A stretch of 64,000 nucleotides of DNA from a virus: IMG/VR virus record IMGVR_UViG_3300027131_000001; one strand, 5' to 3'. The position numbers were made by a program, and so were the translations under genes. Numbering within the stretch: position 1 is the stretch's first letter; every line of letters begins with the position of its first letter. The notes beneath the pieces are model-generated. The model saw nothing but the letters and a program-made list of their open reading frames with translations. It had not been told where the DNA came from and ran no database searches. Below are positions 36,183-47,202 of this stretch, piece after piece.

Positions 36183-37419
36183 CCGCCAAATATCTTTAAT
36201 ATTTTATCTGAGTGTCCAGCAAAGAATCCACCAGCAGCAATTACACCGGCAAACGACCATACCAATCTATCTCTTTGACTTTTGATATAGGAGATCTCTT
36301 TTGCAAGAGAGGTGTGCTGATCACAAGATGCTTGATACATCTCTTCCAGTTTTGCAGTAAGTCCGTCACGGGTCTTATCGAGGCAATCATGCATCTCCTT
36401 AACATCTACCTTGAGCTCGTCAAGTTTCTCGTTAAGGTTTTCGACTTTGGTCTCTACAACGCCGATTCGTTCTACTGTAGTAGCCATGTTACTTTTTCTT
36501 TTCGGGAACAGCAGTGCCATCTAGCTTCTTGTGTACTTTGATCATTTTACACTGTTGGGCTGGCTTGCTAGTCTTCTTATCGATGACCACATTACCGGCT
36601 TTATCCAGCTTGTCTTTGCACACCTCTTTCATCTCACCACCAGCAAAGGCAGTCAAAGAAGAAAGAGATAGAATGAAGGCAATTGATAGATTTTTCATGG
36701 AAGATCCTTTACTTACTTCGGTTTTCTTATTTAGATTTCTGGTTGTGGCGCGGGAGCTGGGGCTGGCTTGCCACCGAATCCTGTAACAACCTGAGGTGTA
36801 GGCATATCAAATCCACCACCAAAAGAAGGTGAAGAATCAAAACTTGGTTCGACTTGTGATCTCTGTGATCTTGTGGGAGTAGAAGGAGGTGTAGGAGGCT
36901 TGTCCCATCCTTTATTAGCTGCTTCTAATGCCTTTGCTTGAGCTTCTGGTGTACTTGCTAGCATGATACCAGACAATGTACCAGTCAGAAATGTTGCAAT
37001 AGGAATAATCAATTCAAAGAACTTATTATCAACAGGACTGATTGCATCAAGTGGTTGTGTAACAAAGATTAAACTGTACAACACAACAAATACAATACCG
37101 AACAATGTCAATGCAAGAACAATACCTACAAAGAACTTTAAACGGTCCATCAGTTCTGTACCTGTATAACGTGGTGAATCGACAAATAGATCTCTAATCA
37201 TTTACAATCTCCCTTTTTTTCAACTTTAACTTCAGGTGCAGGTGTACTTATTCTCTTATCTGTTTTGATAAGGATGTCAGGACACGTGCGTGTAATTTCA
37301 CATGCAGGTTTTTGACATTGTGGGCTATTCCAATTTGCTGAATCTTGACATTCATATCTGAATCTATCACCACATCCAGCTAAACATAACAAAGCAATTA
37401 ATATTATTTTTGTTTTCAT
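36179..37419 (-). CDS. envelope-associated small proteins (36179-~36487 coiled coil plus TM; 36489-36698 exported; 36731-37201 two-TM Pro-rich; 37198-37419 lipoprotein)
   Basis: Hydrophobic segments, a signal peptide and a LAGC lipobox; adjacent to the endolysin. Confidence 0.7.
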
Positions 37420-37431
37420 TGCTTTACTTTC

Positions 37432-37647
37432 TTATTTTTTAGGTGCAAAGGCCTCTGTAACAGTAAACCCTAAACCACCAATTACAATATACATCATACT
37501 TTGATATATTGTTACATCCATTGTCATGCTCCAAAACAAGTTAGAGATGAATGCGGTGCAACACATTAAAAAAGCAAGAAAGGTAATTGTTCTTTTGCTA
37601 CTTAATTCACCAGTTCCATCACCAAGCATGCTTCTTAAAAAAGACAT
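37432..37647 (-). CDS. putative holin
   Basis: 71 aa, SSKR motif, two TM helices, immediately downstream of the endolysin. Confidence 0.6.
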   Translation of the reverse strand: MSFLRSMLGDGTGELSSKRTITFLAFLMCCTAFISNLFWSMTMDVTIYQSMMYIVIGGLGFTVTEAFAPKK

Positions 37648-37648
37648 A

Positions 37649-38272
37649 TTATGCTCCTAGTACGTGTAGGGCATGTTCATAATGTTTAATTCTATCCTCA
37701 AGTCCAATTGTACCACCATTGATACGCTTAGTTAATGTTACAATATCACCTTTATCAGCCCATTGGTTTAAGTTATTTGTTTCCCAGAACCAACATGCAG
37801 ACTGTGCTGCACCTTCAAATGTTGCAAGATACTCAGAAGCTTCGTCTGGAGTAATTTCTAATGAATCAGCAAAAGCAGTATAGTTTGACTTACCAGTCAA
37901 TTGGATCAATCCACGACCACAATACTTATATCCATCTCCAGACGCTTCGTCTCCGTTACCCATACGACTTGCATAGATTCTATTTGCAATTGCTTCTTGT
38001 TTGTTTGGCTTAGATGCATACTCGTTTGCAATATCATCGTTATGAAAATACTTACCAAACAACTTACGAAGCGAGGCTGCTTTGTAGTTTAGATTCTCTT
38101 TAAGAACCATGAATCCACCAGACTCATGTGCGCACTGAGCAACAAAAGCAGCTATTCTCTTTGGTGCATTAATTTCGTAGTCCGGTAACAACAGAGACAG
38201 CGCTTGGTGCCAGTTATCTATATACGGGTTCTTTGGAAGTAATTCTTTGAGTTGTTGTTTTGTTAGTTCCAT
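37649..38272 (-). CDS. GH19 endolysin
   Basis: AAFVAQCAHESGGF...ENLNY, GRGLIQLTGKSNY and INGG. Confidence 0.92.
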   Translation of the reverse strand: MELTKQQLKELLPKNPYIDNWHQALSLLLPDYEINAPKRIAAFVAQCAHESGGFMVLKENLNYKAASLRKLFGKYFHNDDIANEYASKPNKQEAIANRIYASRMGNGDEASGDGYKYCGRGLIQLTGKSNYTAFADSLEITPDEASEYLATFEGAAQSACWFWETNNLNQWADKGDIVTLTKRINGGTIGLEDRIKHYEHALHVLGA

Positions 38273-38281
38273 ATCAGTTCC

Positions 38282-38788
38282 TTATAGTGTTATTGGTAAA
38301 AATAACCAAAATCCTTGCAGCATCAATAATATAGAGAAGATACCGGTGCCAATACTTATCCAGTACATTCTTATGCTAAAAGATAGCATAGCAGCAGCCA
38401 TTATAACAATTGCGATTTGTAACAGAGCGTTGGCAAAAGTATACCAAGGAGCTCTAAGCTCACAAACTGCTCTATTAGCTTCAATTGCTCTTGCCTTTGC
38501 CATTAATTCTTTCTTACCCTCACCACTCTTTGGATCGCTTTCGTAGCGTTCAATTTTAGCAGCTAACTGTCTGATCTTTTCAGGATCCTTAGCATCTTCT
38601 AATCGCATCTCAGTCAAAGTCTGTTTAATTGACTTTGCTTGGTAGAATGCCCATACGTTATTTGCTTCGATTGTATCAGAAAGAATTTGTGATGAGTTAC
38701 CACCGTCAAGAATAGAATTTAAAGCAAGGATTGCTGCAAATAATGTAATAATCCAACCAGCTCTCTCTTTAAACTTTGAAAGTATCAT
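38282..38788 (-). CDS. DUF4337-like inner-membrane protein
   Basis: WAFYQAKSIK and LLQIAIV, three TM helices. Confidence 0.75.
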   Translation of the reverse strand: MILSKFKERAGWIITLFAAILALNSILDGGNSSQILSDTIEANNVWAFYQAKSIKQTLTEMRLEDAKDPEKIRQLAAKIERYESDPKSGEGKKELMAKARAIEANRAVCELRAPWYTFANALLQIAIVIMAAAMLSFSIRMYWISIGTGIFSILLMLQGFWLFLPITL

Positions 38789-38802
38789 AATAATCTCCTT
38801 GT

Positions 38803-39237
38803 TTAGTTACACCAAGATTGTTTTGCGTCTCCGTAGTATTCCCGTGCAAGACCATTGCTGATTAATCCAGCACGAACACTTTGGCCGTTAACAAGAATAT
38901 CACCTAGCACACGGCCACCAAATTTATCCCACCCATAAAGAGTAGCTTGAATCTTGCCGCCCTTTGCAATCATATTGTAAGTAAATTTACTAGCTAGCTG
39001 TGCTCGCTCATCCTCTTGAGGACATTGAGCTCTATGACCTTTTTCAGGAGTATCAACTCCGTAAATTCTAACTGCAAGCTCAGGCTTCAACGGTGCTGGC
39101 AAGAACGGGGCAGAGATTACAATTGTATCTCCATCACTCACTCTTAGCACTTGTGCATCGTATGTCACGCCAGTTGGTTGTTTTGCTGCAAATGCCAACA
39201 GAGGCAAAGCAAGTATCAGCAGTAGTATCTTTTTCAT
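38803..39237 (-). CDS. exported thermonuclease (SNase family)
   Basis: Signal peptide; DGDT, RIYGVDTPE, DKFGGRVL and GLAR. Confidence 0.88.
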   Translation of the reverse strand: MKKILLLILALPLLAFAAKQPTGVTYDAQVLRVSDGDTIVISAPFLPAPLKPELAVRIYGVDTPEKGHRAQCPQEDERAQLASKFTYNMIAKGGKIQATLYGWDKFGGRVLGDILVNGQSVRAGLISNGLAREYYGDAKQSWCN

Positions 39238-39238
39238 T

Positions 39239-39517
39239 TTATTTCTTTGAGTTATGTTTTACTAACGAGTCCCATCCAGCCTGGAACCAATCAATCCCGA
39301 ACGGGTTGAATAGCTTCTCACCGTGAGTACCAATTACCTTCTCCATTAATAACATTGATGTGGTTTCATTTGTCTTTAGTGCTTGCTTAACAAATATAGA
39401 TTGAGCATCGACGTACTGGTTCCATGCCTGACTAAGTTCAGGATGTTTCATAAACTTCTTAATAAATTGTTTTTTGCCGTGTTGAATTGTATCAACAAGT
39501 ACTTCAGGGTTTGTCAT
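39239..39517 (-). CDS. hypothetical helical protein
   Basis: ORF in the lysis operon. Confidence 0.6.
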   Translation of the reverse strand: MTNPEVLVDTIQHGKKQFIKKFMKHPELSQAWNQYVDAQSIFVKQALKTNETTSMLLMEKVIGTHGEKLFNPFGIDWFQAGWDSLVKHNSKK

Positions 39518-39798
39518 TTTACACTTTCAAATATTTGTTTCTGGGTACCGTACCATTCAATCCATGATTCATTCTGGATTGAACACTCATGGTATTTTGT
39601 ATAGTTATTAGTCACGTTTTTTGCCACGTCGGACAACTTTGCTTCTTTTTCTAATTTTTCTAGCTGAGGACATAGTTGCATTAACCTTTCAGGTACTTGT
39701 GGAAACTTTGCAGTTACTGGAACTGTAGTACTACATCCAGTTGCTAAGAATGCAAGTATAATCAATATTAATAACACAAAGCATTTAACTAAATTCAT
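39514..39798 (-). CDS. o-spanin (Rz1-like lipoprotein)
   Basis: LATGC lipobox, P-x-x-P...CPQL and NYTKYHEC. Confidence 0.75.
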   Translation of the reverse strand: MNLVKCFVLLILIILAFLATGCSTTVPVTAKFPQVPERLMQLCPQLEKLEKEAKLSDVAKNVTNNYTKYHECSIQNESWIEWYGTQKQIFESVK

Positions 39799-40223
39799 TT
39801 TGACTGCTCCGCTGCATCATTTAGTGTCTTAACAAAATCTTCTGGTATCTCACATCTGTCATTGTATTTGACTATTTCTTTGTCAATATACTTAACAATC
39901 TCTTCACCCTTGATTCTTACAATCTCTGTCTTCTTAACTATTTTTGTTACAATCTTAACATTCTCTTCTGCAGACTTTACTTCTGCAGCTGCTACCTTTT
40001 GTTCCATCTCTGCAACTCTATCTCTCCATGCCTGATCATTCCATGCTGCACCCAACATGAAAGTTGAACCCACAATAGCTACCACAGATACAATTTGGAT
40101 TGGAGTCTTGTACATATAGACAAACGGAATGAACTTCATCAAGTATGAAGCAATCAATCCACCTATACCAGCCAGTAAGATGAAATGGAATATCCAATCA
40201 GGAAGGAAGTTTAGTATCCACAT
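39795..40223 (-). CDS. i-spanin (Rz-like)
   Basis: N-terminal TM segments, coiled coil, C-terminal CEIP...NDAA; overlaps the o-spanin start. Confidence 0.7.
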   Translation of the reverse strand: MWILNFLPDWIFHFILLAGIGGLIASYLMKFIPFVYMYKTPIQIVSVVAIVGSTFMLGAAWNDQAWRDRVAEMEQKVAAAEVKSAEENVKIVTKIVKKTEIVRIKGEEIVKYIDKEIVKYNDRCEIPEDFVKTLNDAAEQSK

Positions 40224-41408
40224 ACGGTTTCTTTCTTCTTAACATATTTTTAGCTTTAGGAATCAATAAAGGATCGAATCCCTTTACATTACCACTACCA
40301 ACATTATTGGCAGGGACTTCACCTTCTTCTGTTAATTGTGTATATACTTTCATGAACTGAGTCTCAAAATATACTTCGTTCATTAACAAATCACTCTTGT
40401 GCTCTTTAATTAATAGGTACGAAGCAACAGACGAACCAAGGATAGAGTTACCACCTGGAATCTTTGCTAGTAATTTTTTGAGATTGTTTGTCAGTATATC
40501 AAAGTAACCCCATGCAGCCTTCTCTTGGTCTGTCTTTAGAGTACTTTTCTTTTTGAGAACCTTGCCGCTCTTATCAATGATACCCAGCTTGTAGGCATCC
40601 GACTTCTCAAACGGAACAACAATACGCTTGAGGAACTGGTAGGTCAAGAACATATCCATCATCGGATTCTTAGTCAACGACGGGACGTTCTTTATGTTTG
40701 AAGGAAAATTAGCTTGACTGTTTGGTTTGTTCATTTATTGCTCTTAATTTAGTTACAATACCCTCATCCATAATTATGTGTGAGGTGATTATGTTTCTTC
40801 CCTCAACATTATATATGACATCAGGCAAATAATTAAGAAGCAACAAAAACGGCTTAAGATACTTACCGTATCCATCCATCTTTAAAAATAATAATCTAGT
40901 TGTTGCATCAACACCAAACACATTGTATATGATTGTAAGATGATTGAGAACCAGTCGTTCATTCAGCTCACCAGTCTCCTCATATCTACTAAACAGTTTC
41001 TTTAGATACTTGAACCTACTTAGATCCTCATAAAACTCTATTGTATCAAAGAAGTGAGGATTGTCATAATGTTTAGCAGCATATAGTAGGGCATTCGCCT
41101 CGTTCAAGTCATCAATGTTCATATTAGAAACTACTTAGTGCAATCCTTTTCAGTGTATTGTTTGCTGTTGCAACATACAAGTAGGAAGTATCAAACATCA
41201 ATGTACCTTTTTTAACAGTTATTGTACTGTTAGCGGGTGTCGAATTATAAATCACTACGTTAGCTGCAGCATTACCAAGTAAATTACCTACAGTGACGTA
41301 CTTGGTCACAGGAGTACCTGTTGGATCATCTACAATCACCAACAGGTCTACTGCAACCGGAGCTGTAAGTGCAGTCAGCTCCGTTATCTTTTTAGCACGA
41401 TCACTCAT
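40198..41408 (-). CDS. conserved T4-like late hypotheticals (40198-40734, 40709-41122, 41124-41408)
   Basis: AYKLGIIDKSGKVLK; YAAKHYDNP...ERLVLNH; KKITELTAL...KRIAL. Confidence 0.7.
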
Positions 41409-42268
41409 TATGCATCAGGTAGGACGTTGTCATCAGATCCGTCTGTTGACATGGATCCCATAGCTACTAATGTTTCGTACTGAACACGTCCTGCACGACC
41501 ACCGGTACCCTCTGTTCTCACAACCCAACCAGCGTGCGCAATACCCTTGTTCTTTGCACCACCAACTGTAACTGCACCAGTTGCTGTCTCACCAGTAATT
41601 GAATGACCAGCCTGTGCAGATGTTGGAACAGAAGAGATATTTACAGCAGCAGCTGCATTAGGATCGGACTTCAACTGAATTGCTGTGGAGTTAACAGTCA
41701 ACACATAATATGCTGTTGCATTTGCCAATCCACCCAATGCAGTATTAGCTGCAGCAACCAAGTATGTTACAATATCGTTATTTGTAAAGAAGGGAGCATT
41801 AGCACCCAATGAAATCCAACCAGTGTTTGTTGTGTTACCAACTTCCACAGCTGTAGTGTTACCTGGGAATGTTTGAGCTGTTGGTGCAGTAATAGTAATG
41901 ATAGGAGAGGAAGTGTATCCCGAACCATTTGTTGAAATGTTGATAGCACTAATCTTACCAGAAGCATTAGACTGTGCGTTAGCAGCAGCTGATGAACCTG
42001 TATTATTAGATGAAAAAGCAACAGTTGTGTTTGCTCTGTAACCAGAGCCAGCGAAAGTAATGATACCGTCAACAACAGGACCAGTTCCTACTGCCATCTC
42101 TGTTGTGTCTACTCCGTACATTCCAACTACTTCTCCAGTAACAACACCGCTAAGGGTTGTGTTACCGTACAATAGATTAGCGTTAGCTCTTGTAGGCGTT
42201 TGATTAAATTGCGCAGGTGCAGTAATTACTGAATTACCTGCTACGTCTGTTGATCCCCATAATGGCAT
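41408..42268 (-). CDS. virion structural/decoration protein
   Basis: MPLWG...HAGWV...GRVQYETLVAM, Gly/Thr/Asn-rich beta structure; CTAAATA late promoter at 42302-42308. Confidence 0.7.
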   Translation of the reverse strand: MPLWGSTDVAGNSVITAPAQFNQTPTRANANLLYGNTTLSGVVTGEVVGMYGVDTTEMAVGTGPVVDGIITFAGSGYRANTTVAFSSNNTGSSAAANAQSNASGKISAINISTNGSGYTSSPIITITAPTAQTFPGNTTAVEVGNTTNTGWISLGANAPFFTNNDIVTYLVAAANTALGGLANATAYYVLTVNSTAIQLKSDPNAAAAVNISSVPTSAQAGHSITGETATGAVTVGGAKNKGIAHAGWVVRTEGTGGRAGRVQYETLVAMGSMSTDGSDDNVLPDA

Positions 42269-42571
42269 TTTTGACTCCTTGAATTTGAGGTGATTATCTT
42301 GTATTTAGTCTTTAGAAGAACTTAGCATATCAGAAAGAAAGGCTGACTCCTTGTACTGGATTAATGTATCATCAACATCTCTCACTTTTTTAGGTGGAGG
42401 AAGCATACTTGACATATCATCAACTTGCTTGGTTAGGCTTGGTTTTTCAAGCTGTGCATATAACTTTTGCCTAAGCGCCTGGAAGCTTCCTGTACCATTT
42501 CTTTCTACTGGTTTAGGAGCTGATAGCGTTACAGTACCTCCAACAATGATATTAGCAGCAAAAATTCCCAT

Positions 42572-43999
42572 TTATTCTCCTGTTTTTGCAGTAGCTGGAG
42601 GTTTTACTTTTGGAGTTAGTTTCAATGTAGCACTATATCCACCTTTATCATTAGGAGTTACTTTAACATCAGTTTCATCATGCTCTGGTACTTCTTTTTC
42701 TATAAAATTGTTACCATGAATACCCTGCATCATTAGTTTTTTTGCAGACATCCTAGCTTTATCGACTGATCTTTGCATATCATTACTATCCCCAGTACCA
42801 ACGTACTGTTCACTCATCTCTGCAGTCATATAATCAGCAACAGTTGAAATATAGTCTTCTGCTTTTGTAATCTTAGACTGAACCCACTCAGCAAGATTAG
42901 TTGTATCTTTCAACATATCATGTACAGCTTGTGAATTAGCAATAATGCTTCTTAGCTGAGTCTTTGCCATGTCACCTTCGTAATCATATTCACGAGGATC
43001 TTTTGCTTCCACCACACCTTTTTTCTTGTTGAAAACTTTGTTTAGAATCTTTACACCATCCTTGACTGCTTTTTTGGGTGTGATTATTTTAGCAGGGTAT
43101 TCTTTTTTGCCGCCTTCATCGTTGCTGCCGTCACGGCCTGGAGGAGTTTGTGATTTGTCCATTTCCATCACACTTTGCTTCTTAGGTTCTAAAGCACGCT
43201 TTTCGTTCTCTTTCTTTCTTGCTTCTTCTGTTTCGCGCTGTTGCTTAATCTTTTGCAAAGCTTTAAACATTCTAACAGAAGCTGATTGACTGGCTTCTAT
43301 AATTTCACCACTAAGCTCAACACTGTCACCCATATAGCGACCTTGACCGTAACCACGGCGTTCGGCTTCAGTAGGTTCTTTTTCTACTCTTTGCTTTTGA
43401 GGACCAGAGTTTGCTTTAGCCATCTCTGCTGATGTTCTATCACCTAGTCTTTTTAGACCTTTATTACGAGCATTCAGCTTTGTCACTGCTTGCTTATCTG
43501 AGCCCATGCTAGACATTACCTTAACAGCAGCATCCATTCTGCTCTTAACAGCAGCTTTATGATATCCTTCAGTTGATACTTCATCAAGTTCAACTTCTTC
43601 TTTAGCTAAACGGTCAATTGCTTTATTAACACCTGATTGTCTTTTCATTGCAAGTTTATCGGATTTTAATCTTTCCGGATCTTTTGCTGAACGACTACCT
43701 GCAGCAAAAGAATAATAAGATGACTCATCTCCTGCTTTTTTCGCATATGAAGCCAATGTTGATTTCTTTAATTCGTCAACTTGTTCAACTTCTTCATCGT
43801 ACTGACGACCAACAAAATTTTGAATCGAAGTCAGAACGTCAGGTTTATCTTCAGAGACATCCTTCTTTGGGCTGATAGTTTTGCGGTGAGCTCTGACTTT
43901 ACGAGTAGTTGGTCTGCCCTGAGTATCGACAGAATTGACCAATTTAAAGTCAGAAGATACTGCAACACCTTCTGCTAAGATATCTTTTAGACTTTTCAT
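42572..43999 (-). CDS. putative capsid-internal protein
   Basis: MKSLKDILAE N-terminus; repeated EEVExDE modules; EGDMAKTQL...EWVQSKIT domain. Confidence 0.65.
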   Translation of the reverse strand: MKSLKDILAEGVAVSSDFKLVNSVDTQGRPTTRKVRAHRKTISPKKDVSEDKPDVLTSIQNFVGRQYDEEVEQVDELKKSTLASYAKKAGDESSYYSFAAGSRSAKDPERLKSDKLAMKRQSGVNKAIDRLAKEEVELDEVSTEGYHKAAVKSRMDAAVKVMSSMGSDKQAVTKLNARNKGLKRLGDRTSAEMAKANSGPQKQRVEKEPTEAERRGYGQGRYMGDSVELSGEIIEASQSASVRMFKALQKIKQQRETEEARKKENEKRALEPKKQSVMEMDKSQTPPGRDGSNDEGGKKEYPAKIITPKKAVKDGVKILNKVFNKKKGVVEAKDPREYDYEGDMAKTQLRSIIANSQAVHDMLKDTTNLAEWVQSKITKAEDYISTVADYMTAEMSEQYVGTGDSNDMQRSVDKARMSAKKLMMQGIHGNNFIEKEVPEHDETDVKVTPNDKGGYSATLKLTPKVKPPATAKTGE

Positions 44000-46906
44000 T
44001 TACATTCCCTTTTTCTTTTTAGAGTGCATGTGCATCTCAGAAACAAGGATCTCTAATGTATCTGTTGGAACATATCTCTCGATACCGTGTTCGAACATAA
44101 CATCGTACCATGCAATGTTACCAGATGCATCAGGATCAGCATGTTGAGTAGTGATTGTACGGCCTTCACCATATGACTCACTCTTTACGTGAACAGCACA
44201 TTGGTGTTCATAGCTATTGCCCGGTGTATCTTTATTTTCTTTGATTCTCTTCTTGAAAGTAACGCCGCCGTTATCATTAACAGGAGCAACAGTTTGACTT
44301 AGTTGTGGTTTTTGTTGTGGTTGTTGTTTTTGTTGTATTGGTTGTTCTAGAGGATCTAAATCAGTACCTTGAATATCACTGCGGGGAAGTGGTTTCGACA
44401 CTGGTCTAGCGGTGTTCGGGTTTGCAGCCCTGTACATTTGCACAGCTGTAGCATGGTCACGTGTGCCTGGAATAAAACCAACTGATGTCATTCTATCATC
44501 AATCTGGGCTTGAGACTTTCCGTGAGGATTGAGTTTGGGTGGTTGTCCATATACAGATGGGGCAACTTGATGAGCTTCTTTCATTGGCTTTACTGGAACA
44601 GGTGGTGTTGGCTTTTGTCCAGTTTGAGCAACACCCATATCCTTTTGAAGCTTCTTCAATAGATCTTTATCTGATCCACCTGTAAGAATAGGAAGAACCT
44701 TGTCCATAATACCCTCACCCATAGGCTTTGGCTTCTTTTTCTTGAAAGACGGATAAGGTGCTGTCTGCGTGAATGCGTTAGAAGACTTGGCCATGGCAAG
44801 CCTTTTTGCTTTAATCATTTCTTTGTCTTGATCAGCTTGATGGCTCGTTGCTTCATCTTGCTGATCAACATCTTCTTTTAAATGACCAGCATCTTCAGCA
44901 GCTTTAAGAATATCGGTACGATCTTTATAAGATCCATTGAATACATCAGTAGTCAAATGAGGCTTATACAGATTACGATGTTGAGGCTTGATCTGTTTTA
45001 GCAAAGTAACGCCAGCTGGATGAATATCATCGTTTGCTACTTCTTCTTCAGTGACACCACGTGCTTTAAGAACATCACCGTGAGTGATGCGCTTTGGATC
45101 TCCGTGAAACTTTGCAAGGTCTTTTTCCTTTTCATTACGAGGAACAGATCCTTTATCTTTCTTCATTACTTCCATAACGGACTGATAAAGAGCATCTGTA
45201 ATATTAAACTTCTTGTTGATTGTTGTCATCCTATCTTCCTGTTGTAAAGAAATTGGTCTATCTGTAGGTTTTTGTTTTTTACCTCCCAAATCAACATCCT
45301 GTTTTGGGTATCTAGTTTTCCATGTTTCACCGGATGAATTTTTCCACTCTTCTTTATCACCAGAATTATCAGCGGCCGCTTGTGGTTTTGCTTTATTACT
45401 TCCAGAGAAAATGCCTTTGACGGCATCCCAATTTTTGTTTCCCTGCTGAACCTTAGCAGCAATCTTCTTATCCTCATCAGACTTGTAGTAGTCCATTGGT
45501 GGCTTCTCACCAGGCATTCTGTTAATAATGTATGGATCTTGACGGTTGGCTTTACCCAACCACTTTTCTTGTTCAGGACTAAACTTGAATTCTGTTGAAG
45601 ATTTTGGAGCTTCAATTGATGCCTGTGGCTTCTTTTCTGGATCCCCATTTGTAGCGGGGCCAACAGTACTAGTATATGCACTATTAGGATCGCTTTGATT
45701 CATTTTAGAAGGATCTTTAGAAGATGATGCAGGAGGTTCTTTATCCACTTCAACAGACTTTACAGAAGGTGATCCATTATTACCAACATTAGGAGCAGGC
45801 TTCACTTCTGTAGAAGGAAGTGGTTTAAGGCTACTAGCTTTCTTTTCTGCTTCTTTTTCTGCAGCACGTTTTGCTTCCAACGGAGCATTTGCATCTTTTT
45901 GATCTGACCCATACTGAACTGCTTTATTAGAAGAAGCAATTCCTACCTTTGCTTTGTTCAAATCGGGACCTGATGTTTGAGGACCGGTAGCGTTAACAGC
46001 AGGTGCAGGTTTATTTGAAATTGTGGTATTAACATTAGCAACTTTTCCTCTTGTATCACCTTTACCAGGTACCAGTGGTTTAAATTCACGATTACCACGA
46101 GATTCTTTTGATTCTCTGTTTCTTAATTTTTCCGCTTTAGCTGCTTCCGCTTCAGCTTTTTCTGTTTGCTTTTTATCTATTTCATTATTTTTTTCGCCTT
46201 TGGCGCGCAGATCATCAATAATGCTTGCCTGAGGTTTTTTGTCTGCATTTTTGTTTTTAGCAGCAACTTCTTGTTCTAGTTGTTTTTGACGATCAAGAAC
46301 TTTCTTCAAAGCTTTTGGATCAGTTGGAAGTTTACCTTTCTTGATGACGGCTAATTCATCCTCAGGACTTGTTCCGTAAGCCACCTCACCTAAAATTCTT
46401 CTGATAGTTGAATATGCTGATGACATTCTTGATTCGTTTGATGTTTTCATTCCTATTGCCTTTAAGTTTTTATAGTAATCTGCGGAGACCTTTGGTTTTT
46501 CTTGGCCAATTCCCTGTTGCTGCATTTGATCCATCCTATCATTCAAGTCTTTAGCCTTCTGCTGAGCAACTCTTTCTGGATTAGTTTTAAAAACTGCTGG
46601 ACGGTCTACGGACGAAGACTTAGCTGGTGGAGCAGATAAAACCTTTTCAAGATCTTTTCCTGTAAGAAGGTTTGAATTATAAGGTTTACCATCCCTTGTT
46701 GCAGATGGAACAAAATTATCAGATGACTTGACTGGAGGTTTATCTGGTGTTCCAACTCTCAATGTACCAGGAACTTTGCTTGCAGTACCACCAAGAGAAA
46801 ACGTTCCACCTCCGCCATGACCTTCTAGAGGTGGTAAAGATCTGTTGTCACGTGATGCTTTGTTTTGTTCTAGTATTGAGCTAGCTGATTTGTAAATTGT
46901 TTTCAT
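44000..46906 (-). CDS. 968-aa low-complexity putative capsid-internal (poly)protein
   Basis: Lys/Pro/Ser-rich with modules separated by (L/I/M/V)xE; C-terminal HQCAVHV...WYDVMFEHGIE domain. Confidence 0.6.
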   Translation of the reverse strand: MKTIYKSASSILEQNKASRDNRSLPPLEGHGGGGTFSLGGTASKVPGTLRVGTPDKPPVKSSDNFVPSATRDGKPYNSNLLTGKDLEKVLSAPPAKSSSVDRPAVFKTNPERVAQQKAKDLNDRMDQMQQQGIGQEKPKVSADYYKNLKAIGMKTSNESRMSSAYSTIRRILGEVAYGTSPEDELAVIKKGKLPTDPKALKKVLDRQKQLEQEVAAKNKNADKKPQASIIDDLRAKGEKNNEIDKKQTEKAEAEAAKAEKLRNRESKESRGNREFKPLVPGKGDTRGKVANVNTTISNKPAPAVNATGPQTSGPDLNKAKVGIASSNKAVQYGSDQKDANAPLEAKRAAEKEAEKKASSLKPLPSTEVKPAPNVGNNGSPSVKSVEVDKEPPASSSKDPSKMNQSDPNSAYTSTVGPATNGDPEKKPQASIEAPKSSTEFKFSPEQEKWLGKANRQDPYIINRMPGEKPPMDYYKSDEDKKIAAKVQQGNKNWDAVKGIFSGSNKAKPQAAADNSGDKEEWKNSSGETWKTRYPKQDVDLGGKKQKPTDRPISLQQEDRMTTINKKFNITDALYQSVMEVMKKDKGSVPRNEKEKDLAKFHGDPKRITHGDVLKARGVTEEEVANDDIHPAGVTLLKQIKPQHRNLYKPHLTTDVFNGSYKDRTDILKAAEDAGHLKEDVDQQDEATSHQADQDKEMIKAKRLAMAKSSNAFTQTAPYPSFKKKKPKPMGEGIMDKVLPILTGGSDKDLLKKLQKDMGVAQTGQKPTPPVPVKPMKEAHQVAPSVYGQPPKLNPHGKSQAQIDDRMTSVGFIPGTRDHATAVQMYRAANPNTARPVSKPLPRSDIQGTDLDPLEQPIQQKQQPQQKPQLSQTVAPVNDNGGVTFKKRIKENKDTPGNSYEHQCAVHVKSESYGEGRTITTQHADPDASGNIAWYDVMFEHGIERYVPTDTLEILVSEMHMHSKKKKGM

Positions 46907-46926
46907 TTGTTTTCCTGATTGTTCTT

Positions 46927-47202
46927 TTATGCCATTACCTTACTACCAGCTTCCCAATTACGGCAGCTCCAGTAGTTTGCTTTTGTCTTTGGACCCGGAT
47001 CATCACAACCATGTCTTGCTCTGTATGCTTTTCTGCGCTCTGGATTATCACGTTTGATTGAAAGGTTAGGATCACCAAAAGTTACTTTCTTTTCACCACC
47101 GCTATCACTCCTTACATAGACAGCAAACTTCTTTGGACCACCAGGAGTTCTGAATGGCTTATTTAAAGTCTTCTCTTCTAAGAATTCTGTAAAACTTAAC
47201 AT
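46927..47202 (-). CDS. small basic virion-associated protein
   Basis: MLSFTEFLEE; KKVTFGDP...RKAYRARHGC...YWSC. Confidence 0.65.
   Translation of the reverse strand: MLSFTEFLEEKTLNKPFRTPGGPKKFAVYVRSDSGGEKKVTFGDPNLSIKRDNPERRKAYRARHGCDDPGPKTKANYWSCRNWEAGSKVMA

Noticed and set aside
39743-39751. Sixth GCTAAGAAT box
   Set aside because: Lies inside the o-spanin coding sequence with no correctly spaced promoter; probably chance
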